From an uncultured Verrucomicrobiae bacterium (lineage in GTDB: Bacteria > Verrucomicrobiota > Verrucomicrobiia > Chthoniobacterales > UBA10450), in contig CAVSDR010000006.1 of assembly GCA_963726745.1 (NCBI GenBank), positions 160,001 to 224,000 of the forward strand: a stretch of 64,000 nucleotides of DNA, written 5' to 3'. Within the stretch, counting starts at the first letter, position 1. The number at the start of each line of letters is the position of its first letter. Made by a program: the position numbers and the translations under genes. A model generated the notes under the pieces. It made no database searches and was not told the DNA's origin. It worked only from the letters and a program-made list of their open reading frames with translations. Shown piece by piece: positions 22,273 to 34,032 of the stretch.

Positions 22273-22590
22273 CTAAGCTTTTTCGCCCTTGGATTTGCAG
22301 GCCGATTTCCAGGAGCTGAACTGCGCGGGCGAGAGCACGTCCTTCGCGCCGGCTTCCATCTTGGCCATGCTTTCCTTGGTGCAGCCGCTCTTGTCGCACT
22401 CGGCCGCGAGCGTTTCCATCTTCGCCTTTTGCTCGGCGGTCAGGTCCATCTTCGCAAAGGTTTCCAGGCAGGCGCCCTTGGTCATCTTCTTGTCACCCAT
22501 CGAGGCGCAGCAGGCTTTGTCACCAGCGAACGAAGTCGAAGCCGCCATGAGGCCTGCGGCCACGAACGCTAACAGAGAGAATTTCTTCAT
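22273..22590 (-). CDS. Small secreted Cys/Met-rich protein with Spy/CpxP-like LTxxQ motifs
   Basis: Signal peptide MKKFSLL...SFA; LTAEQK and LSPAQF; six Cys. Confidence 0.65.
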   Translation of the reverse strand: MKKFSLLAFVAAGLMAASTSFAGDKACCASMGDKKMTKGACLETFAKMDLTAEQKAKMETLAAECDKSGCTKESMAKMEAGAKDVLSPAQFSSWKSACKSKGEKA

Positions 22591-22624
22591 AGTCCTCTTC
22601 AGACAGCGATTGCGCCCGGTTTGT

Positions 22625-25204
<2,580 letters not shown>

Positions 25205-25304
25205 ATGAGTTCCTCTTAAAGGACTATCGCACCCGCCCCGGCGTTCAACTGCATCGGCCCCCGCATTGCGGCGCGTAGCCTCCGCGAGTATCAGTCCTGA
25301 CCCC

Positions 25305-26580
25305 GTGGAAAACGCCGAGCTACCCTTCCGCCAACGCGCCCTCGAGCTCCTGCGTCCGGGAGCGTTCCGCCGTTACATCATCGGGTCGGCAATTTCTGAT
25401 ACCGGCACCTGGATGCAGGTGATGGCGCAGGCCTGGGTCATGAGCACGCTGACCGATCGCGCGCTCCTCCTCGGGATGGTCAACTTCGCGGCCGGCATCC
25501 CGACGCTCGCGCTCACGATGGTCGGCGGCTCGGTGGCCGATCGCTACGACAAGCGCAAGATCCTGATCATCGCGCAGGTCGCGCAGATGATCTTTGCCAT
25601 CACTCTCGGCACGCTTGTGCTCTGGAATGTGATCCAAGTCTGGCACGTGGTTGTGCTCGCGGCGCTCCTCGGCGTCTGCATCGCCTTCGAAATGCCGGCT
25701 ATTTCCGCGCTCGTGCCCGAGCTGGTGCAACGCGAGCAGATCGCGACCGCGATCGCGCTCGATCGCTCGGTCTTTCACGGCTCGCGCCTGGTCGGGCCTT
25801 CGGTGGCCGGCATGCTTGTCGGCTGGGTCGGCGCGGCGGTGGCTTTTTTTGCGAACGCGGCCTCGTTCCTCGCGCTCATGATCGCGCTGTTTACTTTGCC
25901 GGCGCGCCGCCTTGGCACCCCGGAGGAGGAAGAGCAGCGCAAGAGCGGCTTCAAGGAAGGGCTCAAGTATGTGCGGCACGATCGCACCATCCTTTGCATG
26001 ATCGGGCTGATCGCCTTGACCACGATCTTCATCTTTCCCTTTCTCTCGGTGATGCTGCCGCTCTACGTGCGCAATATTCTGCATCTTGGGCCCGGACCGG
26101 ATGGGGCTGCTCATGGCCATCTCCGGGAGCGGCTCGCTCGTCGGTTCGCTTGGCCTCCTGAGCGTGGCCCGTTCGCATCGCTTCCGCTTCATGACAGTGG
26201 CCGCGGTCATCGCCGCCTGCGCGCTCTTCGCGATGTCGCAATTGAGTAACTTCGCGCTCACCGCCGCGGCCATGGGCATTCTGGCGGTCGCGCTTTCGCT
26301 CAACTTCGGGCTCGCCGGCACGATCGTGCAGGAACGCGCTCCGAGCCATCTGCGCGGGCGCATCTCCGCGGTCTTCGGCTTGAGCTTCTTTGGCCTGATG
26401 CCGATCGCCGGCCTGCTCACGACCAGCCTGTCGGACGCGGTCGGCATGCGGACCGCGCTGTTCGCTTCCTCGATTTGCTTCGGCCTGGGTGCGCTCGTGG
26501 TGATGAACCTGGCCGGGCGCACGATCGAGGCCCGCCCGGTGGCCCCGGTCGCGGAGCCGGAGCCGGCCACCGTAGCCTAA
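25305..26580 (+). CDS. MFS transporter (DHA3/H+ antiporter-like), frameshifted near 26092
   Basis: [30 protein letters not shown]; continues in ORF 26086..26580 with [12 protein letters not shown]. Confidence 0.88.
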
Positions 26581-26586
26581 CGAGCG

Positions 26587-27501
26587 ATGATCTCCTTCTC
26601 GACCTGCTGGAATTCCAGCCGCCACAAAGCAGGCGACGAGATGTTGCGCGAGATCAAGGGCGAGCTCGGCTTCACCCACATCGAGCTCGGCCACGGCACC
26701 CGCATTTCGCTCATGCCCGGTATCCAAAAAATGTTCGAGGCCGGCGAGGTCACCTTCAGCAGCCTGCACAATTTTTGCCCGCTCCCGGTCGAGGTGATGC
26801 ATGCCTCGCCCGATTGCTACAAGTTCTCCGCTCCGCGCCAGGCGGAGCGCGACCGCGCGGTCAAGCAAACGCTGCAGACGATCGATTTCGCCGAGCGCCT
26901 GGGCGCCCCCTTTGTGGTCCTCCATTGCGGCGAGGTGCCGATGAACCCGATCACCGACGAGCTCCTCGCCTTGGCAAAGAAAGGCCAGCTCCTTTCCCGC
27001 GAATACGTGCGCCAGAAGATCGCCGCGGTGAAGAAACGCGAGGAGCGCGCGCCCTGGCATCTCGACCGGGTGCGCGAATGTCTTAAGCCGATCGTGGAAC
27101 ACGCGGCCGCCAAAGGTATCCGCCTCGGAATTGAAGGCCGGCGCGGCTACGAGGAGATGCCTAACGAGCGCGAGCTTCCGCTCTTACTCGACGAACTGAA
27201 CTCACCCGCGGCGGGGTATTGGCATGACTTTGGGCACATTCAGATCAAGGAGAACCTCGGCTTTCTCAATCACGAGGAATGGCTGCGGCTGATCGGCCCG
27301 CGCGCCTTCGGCTGCCACCTCCAGGACGTCGTCTGGCCGGGGCAGGACCATCAACCGCCATTTGCCGGGCACGTCGATCTCCTTAAGCTGGTCCCGCTTC
27401 TGCCGGCGGATTGCCTGTTTGTTTGGGAACTCAGCCCGCGCAAGACCGTCCCCGAGATCCTCCGCTCGGTTGAGATTTGGAAGCAGCATTTTGCCGCATG
27501 A
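26587..27501 (+). CDS. Sugar phosphate isomerase/epimerase (xylose-isomerase-like TIM barrel)
   Basis: IELGH, SLHNFCP, VVLHCG, LGIE, WHDFGH, HLQD, DHQPP, WE metal ligands. Confidence 0.85.
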   Translation: MISFSTCWNSSRHKAGDEMLREIKGELGFTHIELGHGTRISLMPGIQKMFEAGEVTFSSLHNFCPLPVEVMHASPDCYKFSAPRQAERDRAVKQTLQTIDFAERLGAPFVVLHCGEVPMNPITDELLALAKKGQLLSREYVRQKIAAVKKREERAPWHLDRVRECLKPIVEHAAAKGIRLGIEGRRGYEEMPNERELPLLLDELNSPAAGYWHDFGHIQIKENLGFLNHEEWLRLIGPRAFGCHLQDVVWPGQDHQPPFAGHVDLLKLVPLLPADCLFVWELSPRKTVPEILRSVEIWKQHFAA

Positions 27502-28553
27502 AAAAAGTCCTGCTCACCAGCCTCCAGATCGCGATCACGATTGCGCTGCTCTACTTCGTCTTTCGCGATCCCGAGAAGCGCGCGCAAATGGGGACCGCGC
27601 TCCGGCTGGCAAACTATTGGTGGATCCTGCTCGGCATTGGCTGCTACGCGCTCGTGGAAGTGGCGGCGGCGATTCGCTGGCAGGTGCTCCTGCGCGTGCA
27701 GGGGATTCGCTTGAGCAATCTCCGCGTCGGCGGGCTTTTCCTCATCGGGATGTTTTACAACCAGTTCATGCCCGGCGGCACCGGTGGCGACATCATCAAG
27801 AGCTACCTCCTGCTCAAGGAAACGCCGGATAAAAAAGCCGGCGCGCTCCTCGCGGTGCTTTTCGATCGGCTGATCGGTTTGGTCGCGCTCATCACCATTA
27901 CCGGCGTGCTCATCTCGCTGCGCTACAAGTATCTCGCGCAACTCCCGGACACGCGCCGCCTGCTTTACCTGCTCCTCGCGATTCTCGGCAGCTCCATCCT
28001 CGGCCTCGCGACCACCTTCGTGATCAGCGGCTTCAATCTCTTCCGCTGGCTCCCACAACGCCTGCCAGGACGCGAGAAGTTGATCGAGGTCTCGCAGGCC
28101 TACCATCTCTACGCCCATCATTGGCGCGCGACCCTCGTCGGCTTCAGCATGTCGCTGGTCGCGCACCTGGCGACCTTCGCCACTTTTCTCTGCGTGGCCT
28201 ACGCGCTCCATGCGATGGACCAGCGGACAACTCCCCCCTCGCCCGTGCCGGTGCTCGATTTCTTCGCGATCATGCCGATCGAGCGCACGATCTCTTCGTT
28301 GCCGATCAGCTTTGGCGGCGCTGGCTGGCGCGAGATCGTGCTCCAAATCCTCCTGCATGGTCTCGCCGGGGTGCGCGAAGGCGTGGCCAATCTCATCGGC
28401 TCGCTCAGTTTCCTGATCATCCTCATTTGCTCGCTCCCGGGCGGATTGGTTTACTTCTTCTACCGTCCGAGTGGCGCGGCCGGCCATGTGAAGATGCGCG
28501 AAATGCACGAGGCCGTGGCCACGGTGCAGCATCGGCAATTCGGTGAAGATTGA
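27498..28553 (+). CDS. Lysylphosphatidylglycerol synthase TM / flippase-like (YbhN/AglD-type) protein
   Basis: RWQVLL, FYNQFMPGGTGGDIIK, DRLIG, LPISFGGAGWRE. Confidence 0.88.
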   Translation: MKKVLLTSLQIAITIALLYFVFRDPEKRAQMGTALRLANYWWILLGIGCYALVEVAAAIRWQVLLRVQGIRLSNLRVGGLFLIGMFYNQFMPGGTGGDIIKSYLLLKETPDKKAGALLAVLFDRLIGLVALITITGVLISLRYKYLAQLPDTRRLLYLLLAILGSSILGLATTFVISGFNLFRWLPQRLPGREKLIEVSQAYHLYAHHWRATLVGFSMSLVAHLATFATFLCVAYALHAMDQRTTPPSPVPVLDFFAIMPIERTISSLPISFGGAGWREIVLQILLHGLAGVREGVANLIGSLSFLIILICSLPGGLVYFFYRPSGAAGHVKMREMHEAVATVQHRQFGED

Positions 28554-29265
28554 GAGAAAAAGGAGCCGCGCCCGGCGGCCATTTGTCGCGGCCACGTTTG
28601 CCATGACCGCAGACGGCAAGATCACCACCCGCACCTATGCGCCGGTGGATTTCACTTCGCGCGAAGACAAGCAGCATCTTCTCCGGCAGCGCGCCCTGGC
28701 CGACGCGGTCATCGTCGGCCACAGCACGCTCAAGGCGGACAACGTCCGCCTCGGCCTGCCGAAGGGCGAACTGCGCGAGCAGCGGCTGGCTCGTGGGCAA
28801 ACCGAGGCGCCGCTGCGCGTAATCGTTTCCAACGAAGGCCGGATCGATCCCGAACTGAAAATCTTCCAGTCCACCATCTCGCCGATTGTCGTTTTCTCGA
28901 CCACCCGCATGCCGCGGCGCACGCAGAAAATCCTGCGCGAGAAAGCCACCCTGCACCTGAGCGACACCGGCGCGGTCGACCTCGCCTGGATGCTCCAGCA
29001 GCTCCGGCGGGAATACCGGGTGAAGCAGGTCGCCTGCGAAGGCGGCGCGGCGCTCTTCCGCTCCATGCTCGAGCTCGACCTGGTCGATCAGCTCAATCTC
29101 ACCATCGCGCCCATCCTTTTCGGCGGGCAAGGCGCCCCCACCCTCACCGGGACGAGCGCAGCCTTCCTCCCGGCGAGCGTTCGCGCCAAACTCACCGGGA
29201 TGCGCGTGCTCGGCGAAGAATGTTTTCTCACCTATCGGATCAAGCATCCCCAAAGGGCTGCCTAA
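28543..29265 (+). CDS. RibD C-terminal / DHFR-like reductase
   Basis: RPFV..FAMTADGKI, RALADAVIVGHST, CEGGAALF, DQLNLTIAPILFGG. Confidence 0.88.
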   Translation: MKIERKRSRARRPFVAATFAMTADGKITTRTYAPVDFTSREDKQHLLRQRALADAVIVGHSTLKADNVRLGLPKGELREQRLARGQTEAPLRVIVSNEGRIDPELKIFQSTISPIVVFSTTRMPRRTQKILREKATLHLSDTGAVDLAWMLQQLRREYRVKQVACEGGAALFRSMLELDLVDQLNLTIAPILFGGQGAPTLTGTSAAFLPASVRAKLTGMRVLGEECFLTYRIKHPQRAA

Positions 29266-29268
29266 CGA

Positions 29269-29709
29269 ATGCACACCGGCAACTCCATCATCATGCACGC
29301 GCCGCGGATGCGGATCTTCGAGACCGCGGCCAATCTCGAGCTTTGGCCGGAAATCCTGCCGCATTACCGTTACATCACGTATCTCGAGCGTGGCCCGGAG
29401 CGTAACCTTGTCGTGATGGCCGCGACCCGCTCAGGCATTCCGATCAAGTGGACCTCGGAACAGATCATCGACCGCGAGCGGGTCGAGGTGCGCTTCCATC
29501 ATTTGAAAGCCTTCACCAAGGGGATGGATGTCGTCTGGACCTTTAAGGAAACGCCGGCCGGCGTGCTGGTGGAGATTGTGCACGACCTGGAGTTTCGCGT
29601 GCCCGCGCTCGCGCCGGTGGCGGATCAAATCGTCGGCAATTTCTTCATTCATTATGTCGCCAGCCAAACCTTGCGACACATGAAGGCGCACCTGGAGGCA
29701 CAAAACTAG
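29269..29709 (+). CDS. SRPBCC polyketide cyclase/aromatase-like protein
   Basis: IFETAANLELWPEILPHY, IKWTS, GMDVVWTF, C-terminal helix TLRHMKAHLE. Confidence 0.85.
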   Translation: MHTGNSIIMHAPRMRIFETAANLELWPEILPHYRYITYLERGPERNLVVMAATRSGIPIKWTSEQIIDRERVEVRFHHLKAFTKGMDVVWTFKETPAGVLVEIVHDLEFRVPALAPVADQIVGNFFIHYVASQTLRHMKAHLEAQN

Positions 29710-30948
29710 ATGCGTCGCGCGGTCATCACCGGCCTCGGCCCGATCACCTGCATCGGCACCGGACGGGAAAACTTCTGGCGTGGTCTGCGGGCGCAGCAGA
29801 GCGGGATCACGCGCATCTCCACCTTCGACACGACCGCGTTTCACGCGCATTGCGGCGGTGAGATTCGCGACTGGGTTCCCGAAGACCATTTCCCGCCGCA
29901 TCGCCTGAAGCGGCTCGATCGCTATGCGCAATTCTCCGTCGCTTCCGCGCAGATGGCGCTGGAAGACGCCGGCTATTCCTGGTCGCGCGAGACCCCGCAG
30001 GATCGCGTGGGCGTGAGCTTCGGCACCGCCCTCGGCGGCATCGCGGGCGCGGAGTATCAGCACGCGCATTTCCTCAAGAAAGGGACGCGCGGGGTGAACC
30101 AGACGCTTGCGCTCCAAGTCTTCGGCGGCTCGGCGCACTCGAACATCGCGATCGAGTTCGGCTTCCGCGGCGTCGGCACCACGAACTCGAATAGTTGCGC
30201 CAGCGGCACAGTCGCGGTCGGCGAAGCGCTGCGATACATCCGCGATGATTTTGCCGACGTGATCGTGGCCGGCGGCGCTGAAGCTCCGCTCAGTCCGCTC
30301 ACGTTTGGCGCCTTCGCGATCATCAAAACGATGAGCCAAACGACCGGCGATCCTGCCCTGGCCTGCCGGCCCTTTGATCTCGCGCGCGACGGTTTTGTCA
30401 TGGGCGAAGGCGCAGCCTCGCTCGTGATCGAGGAGCTGGAGCATGCGCGCGCACGCGGCGCGCACATCTACGCGGAAGTGCTCGGCTATAGCTTGAACAA
30501 CGACGCCTTCCACATGACCACGCCCCTGCCCACGGGCGATTCCTGCAAGCGCGCGATGCGCCACGCGCTCGCGGATGCGCGGCTCGCGCCGGAGCAGATC
30601 GATTACGTGAACGCGCACGCCAGTTCCACGCAGATGAACGATGCCACCGAGACGGCGGCCTTGAAGGAAGTCTTCGGCGAGCACGCGCAGCGCTTACTCG
30701 TTAGCGGGACAAAGGCGTATACCGCGCATCCGTTGGGCGCGACCGGCGCGATCGAAGCCGCGCTGTGCGCGCTCGCCCTCGAGCACCAATGGGTCCCGCC
30801 GACTTTGAACCGCACGCAGCCCGACCCCGTCTGCGATCTCGACGTCGTCCCGCACGAAGGTCGCGAGGCGAAATTAGACTACGTCTTGAGCAACTCCTTC
30901 GGCTTCGGTGGAATCAACTCCTGCGTGATTCTCGGTCGGATGAAGTAG
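29710..30948 (+). CDS. Beta-ketoacyl-ACP synthase (FabF/KS-alpha-like)
   Basis: RRAVITGLG, catalytic NSCASG, YVNAHASST, KAYTAHPLGA, SNSFGFGG. Confidence 0.92.
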   Translation: MRRAVITGLGPITCIGTGRENFWRGLRAQQSGITRISTFDTTAFHAHCGGEIRDWVPEDHFPPHRLKRLDRYAQFSVASAQMALEDAGYSWSRETPQDRVGVSFGTALGGIAGAEYQHAHFLKKGTRGVNQTLALQVFGGSAHSNIAIEFGFRGVGTTNSNSCASGTVAVGEALRYIRDDFADVIVAGGAEAPLSPLTFGAFAIIKTMSQTTGDPALACRPFDLARDGFVMGEGAASLVIEELEHARARGAHIYAEVLGYSLNNDAFHMTTPLPTGDSCKRAMRHALADARLAPEQIDYVNAHASSTQMNDATETAALKEVFGEHAQRLLVSGTKAYTAHPLGATGAIEAALCALALEHQWVPPTLNRTQPDPVCDLDVVPHEGREAKLDYVLSNSFGFGGINSCVILGRMK

Positions 30949-30952
30949 CTGG

Positions 30953-31780
30953 CTAAATTTGCGCCGTGCTGCGCAATTCCTCCGGGGTGCGCCCGGCGGC
31001 GCGCAGCGCCCGCAAGCTCAAGGCAGCATCGCGTTTCGCCAGGCGGCGGCCGTTCGCATCCGTCACCAGCGGAGTGTGGAAGAAGACCGGCGCGGGCAGT
31101 TCCAGGGCGCGATAGAGGAGCAACTGCCGGAAAGTCGAGGTGAGCAAGTCTGCGCCGCGCACCACTTCGGTGATCCGCATCTCCGCATCGTCGACCACGA
31201 CCGCGAGCTGATAGGCAGCGAGATCATCGCGCCGCCAGACCAGGAAATCGCCAAAGTCCCGACCGGCGACCGCGCATTGCAGTCCGAAGTTGCCGTCTAA
31301 AAACTCCGAGGCCATTCCGTCCGGCACCCGAAAGCGCCAATTCACCGGACCTTGAGCCGTCGTTTGCCCGCGACAGGTCCCGGGATAAAGCGGCTCGTCG
31401 TTCTCGTGGTGCGGCGCGCCGATGGCTTGCTCGACATCGCGCCGCGAGCAAGTGCAGGGGTAAACGAAGCCGCCCGCGCGCAGCTTCGCCAGCGCCGCGC
31501 GGTAAAACCCTGCGCGCTCGCTTTGCCGGAACGGCCCCTCGTCCCACCGGAGCCCAAACCAGTGCAAATCCTCCAGGCAAGCCGCGCGAAATTCCTCGCG
31601 GCAACGCGCCGTGTCCAGGTCTTCGATCCGCAAGACCAGCATGCCGCCGGCCGCGCGCGCCCGTTCCTGCGCCCGCCAAAAAGTGAGCGCGTGCCCGAGG
31701 TGCAGGAAACCGGTGGGCGACGGCGCCAGCCGCCCGCGGTAGCCGTTTCCAGAGATTAGCTTTTGGATTTTGGATTCCAT
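30953..31780 (-). CDS. gluQ: Glutamyl-Q tRNA(Asp) synthetase
   Basis: YRGRLAPSPTGFLHLG, LRIEDLD, YPCTCSR, YQLAVVVDD, RLAKR; no anticodon-binding domain. Confidence 0.93.
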   Translation of the reverse strand: MESKIQKLISGNGYRGRLAPSPTGFLHLGHALTFWRAQERARAAGGMLVLRIEDLDTARCREEFRAACLEDLHWFGLRWDEGPFRQSERAGFYRAALAKLRAGGFVYPCTCSRRDVEQAIGAPHHENDEPLYPGTCRGQTTAQGPVNWRFRVPDGMASEFLDGNFGLQCAVAGRDFGDFLVWRRDDLAAYQLAVVVDDAEMRITEVVRGADLLTSTFRQLLLYRALELPAPVFFHTPLVTDANGRRLAKRDAALSLRALRAAGRTPEELRSTAQI

Positions 31781-31847
31781 CTCGGTAGCGTCCCCGCGTT
31801 CCCGGTCCTTTCTTCAATCCAAAATCGCAATTCGAAAAATCGAAAAT
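31761..31847. repeat. Inverted arrangement of degenerate 7-mer tandem repeats (TTTTGGA / AATCnAA type)
   Basis: TTTTGGATTTTGGATT at 31761-31776 and AATCCAAAATCGCAATTCGAAAAATCGAAAAT at 31816-31847, between divergent genes. Confidence 0.7.
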
Positions 31848-32529
31848 GCCTAAGCGCCTCCTTCTTTGGGACATTGATTCCACTCTCATCACCACCGGCG
31901 GCGCCGGCGAAAAAGCGCTCCGGCGCGTCATCCAGAATCTCTTTCGCGTGCCCGATGACCTGCGCGACATCGAGATCGCCGGGCGCACCGACGTCAACAT
32001 CGCGCGCAACATCCTGCTGAAATACGACCTCGAGCCCACGCCGATCGCGGTCGACGCCTTCCTCGAGGAATACCTCGACGCGCTCGAGGAATTACTCCCG
32101 CAAACCGAGGGGCGCGTCCTCCCGGGCGTGCGCGAAATCCTCGATCACCTCCAGCCAAATCCCGAGCGCGTCCTCGGTCTCCTCACGGGCAATCTCCGCC
32201 GCGGCGCCGAGTTGAAGCTGCGGCACTACGGCCTCTGGGATTACTTCGAGTTCGGCGCCTTTGCCGACGATCACCATGACCGAAACGCCCTCGGTGCCTT
32301 CGCCCGCCGACGCGCCGCCGAGAAACATGGACACGACTTCGCAGTCGCCCGGATCGACGTGATCGGCGACACCGGGCACGACATTGCCTGCGGCAAAATC
32401 TTCGGCGCCCGCACCGTCGCCGTGGCCACCGGCAGCTGGACGCGCGCGCAGCTCACGGCGAAGGAGCCAGACTTCCTCTTTGACGATTTCGCCCAGTTCG
32501 AGCAGGCCCTGGCCACGCTCGAATGGTGA
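31846..32529 (+). CDS. HAD-superfamily hydrolase (phosphoglycolate phosphatase-like)
   Basis: LLWDIDSTL, GRTD, LLTGN, IGDTGHDIACG. Confidence 0.9.
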   Translation: MPKRLLLWDIDSTLITTGGAGEKALRRVIQNLFRVPDDLRDIEIAGRTDVNIARNILLKYDLEPTPIAVDAFLEEYLDALEELLPQTEGRVLPGVREILDHLQPNPERVLGLLTGNLRRGAELKLRHYGLWDYFEFGAFADDHHDRNALGAFARRRAAEKHGHDFAVARIDVIGDTGHDIACGKIFGARTVAVATGSWTRAQLTAKEPDFLFDDFAQFEQALATLEW

Positions 32530-32572
32530 GGCGATTGACGGCGAGACGGAGAATGACATCTTCCCCGAGACC

Positions 32573-32899
32573 ATGGCCAATTCCCCGATCGACCGCCCGA
32601 ACGTCCTCCCGCTGGAAGGCGAAATCGATCTGCACGTTTCCCCGCGCATCGCCGCCTCGTTAGGCGCGATGGTCGCGCAAAAGCCGGCGCAGCTCGTGGT
32701 CGATCTCACCCAGGTGAGCTACATCGACAGCTCCGGGCTCGCGGTCTTGATCGAGGCGATGCAGAACGTGGCCGGCTACGGTGGGAAGTTTGCCCTCGCC
32801 GGCCTGCAGGAAAGCGTGCGCCCGATCTTCGAAATCGCGCGGCTCGACCAGGTCTTCCGGATTTATCCGGACGTCGACTCCGCGCTCGCGGCTGCCTGA
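32573..32899 (+). CDS. STAS-domain anti-sigma factor antagonist
   Basis: LEGEIDL, VDLTQVSYIDSSGL, FEIARLDQVF. Confidence 0.93.
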   Translation: MANSPIDRPNVLPLEGEIDLHVSPRIAASLGAMVAQKPAQLVVDLTQVSYIDSSGLAVLIEAMQNVAGYGGKFALAGLQESVRPIFEIARLDQVFRIYPDVDSALAAA

Positions 32900-33978
32900 A
32901 GCAGGATTGCGAGCGTCTCCTCGACGTTCCGCTCGATCGGAAACTGCGCGGCCCGCTCGAGGATCTTCGGCCGCGCCGCCGCCCGCCGTGCAGGTTCGCG
33001 CCAATGCTCGATCGCGGCCGCGACCGCCTCGCTATCGTTCTCCGGCAGCACGCTCCCGTGCACGCCATCCTCGATCACTTCCGCAAAGCCGTTCGCCGTC
33101 GTCGTGATCACCGGCAGCCCGCTGGCTAAAGCTTCCAGGCAGGCGTTGGAAAACGGATCGTAAAGCGTCGGCAAAACAAAAAGATCGGCCGCGGCGTAGA
33201 GCGCCGGCACATCGTCGACTTCGTCCAGGAATTGCACCCCGGGCCCGGCATACTTGGCCGCATCCCCTCGCCCCGCGACCAGCAGACGCAACGTCTTGTC
33301 GGCTAATTTCCCCAGCGCCTCGACCGCCTGCCGCAGGCCTTTGCGCTCCCAGCCGGAGCCGACGAAGAGCAGCGCCACTTCCTCCTCCCCTAAATTTAGC
33401 CGGCGCCTGGTCGCCGCGCGGCTTTCGCTCGTTAGGCGAAAACGCTCCAGCGGCACGCCGTTGTAGACCACCTCGATCCGCTCCGCGGGATAACCGGAAG
33501 CTTCGACGATTTCCTCCCGCACCATCGCCGAGTTTGCGATCACGCGGCCCGCGCCGCCGCGGGCGAAAAGTGATTCCTCCAGGCGCAGGACGTCGCCGTG
33601 TTTCCCCCGGTTCAAGGCCATGCTCGCGCGCGTGAGCCAGCCGCCGGCGCGTGCCCGCCGCTCCAGCCAGCTCCGGTGCAAGCCATCGCCCGCGCGGAAG
33701 ACATCGCACTTCCAGACGCGTTCGAGGCTCATGACCACGTCGCATTCCAACCGCATCCGCAAGAGCGTTGCCTGGTCGGCAAACTCCACCGGGCTCCGCC
33801 CGCGCAGGCGCTCGATCGGGCCGCAGGACCACTCGTTAGCCGGCCACTCCGCGCCGGTCACGAGCACAGCTTCGTGCCCCCGCGCCACCAGGCCCGCACC
33901 CAGCCGCTTCAGGTAAGCTTCGGCCCCGCCGCTGCGCGAGTAACCACGGCGCAGAAAAGCGATCTTGAGGGCATCCAT
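32863..33978 (-). CDS. GT4 glycosyltransferase (WaaG-like LPS core)
   Basis: GGAEAY, ANSAMV, LFVGSGWERKG, PTLYDPFSNACLEALASGLPVITT. Confidence 0.9.
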   Translation of the reverse strand: MDALKIAFLRRGYSRSGGAEAYLKRLGAGLVARGHEAVLVTGAEWPANEWSCGPIERLRGRSPVEFADQATLLRMRLECDVVMSLERVWKCDVFRAGDGLHRSWLERRARAGGWLTRASMALNRGKHGDVLRLEESLFARGGAGRVIANSAMVREEIVEASGYPAERIEVVYNGVPLERFRLTSESRAATRRRLNLGEEEVALLFVGSGWERKGLRQAVEALGKLADKTLRLLVAGRGDAAKYAGPGVQFLDEVDDVPALYAAADLFVLPTLYDPFSNACLEALASGLPVITTTANGFAEVIEDGVHGSVLPENDSEAVAAAIEHWREPARRAAARPKILERAAQFPIERNVEETLAILLQAAASAESTSG

Positions 33979-34032
33979 GAAGGCGAGAGCGTGGCTTTAC
34001 TTGGCCGCAATCGCCACAATACTTGCAAGGCC

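Noticed and set aside
29269..30948. Complete type II PKS cluster
   Set aside because: No chain-length factor or ACP in the window; kept only as a weaker finding.
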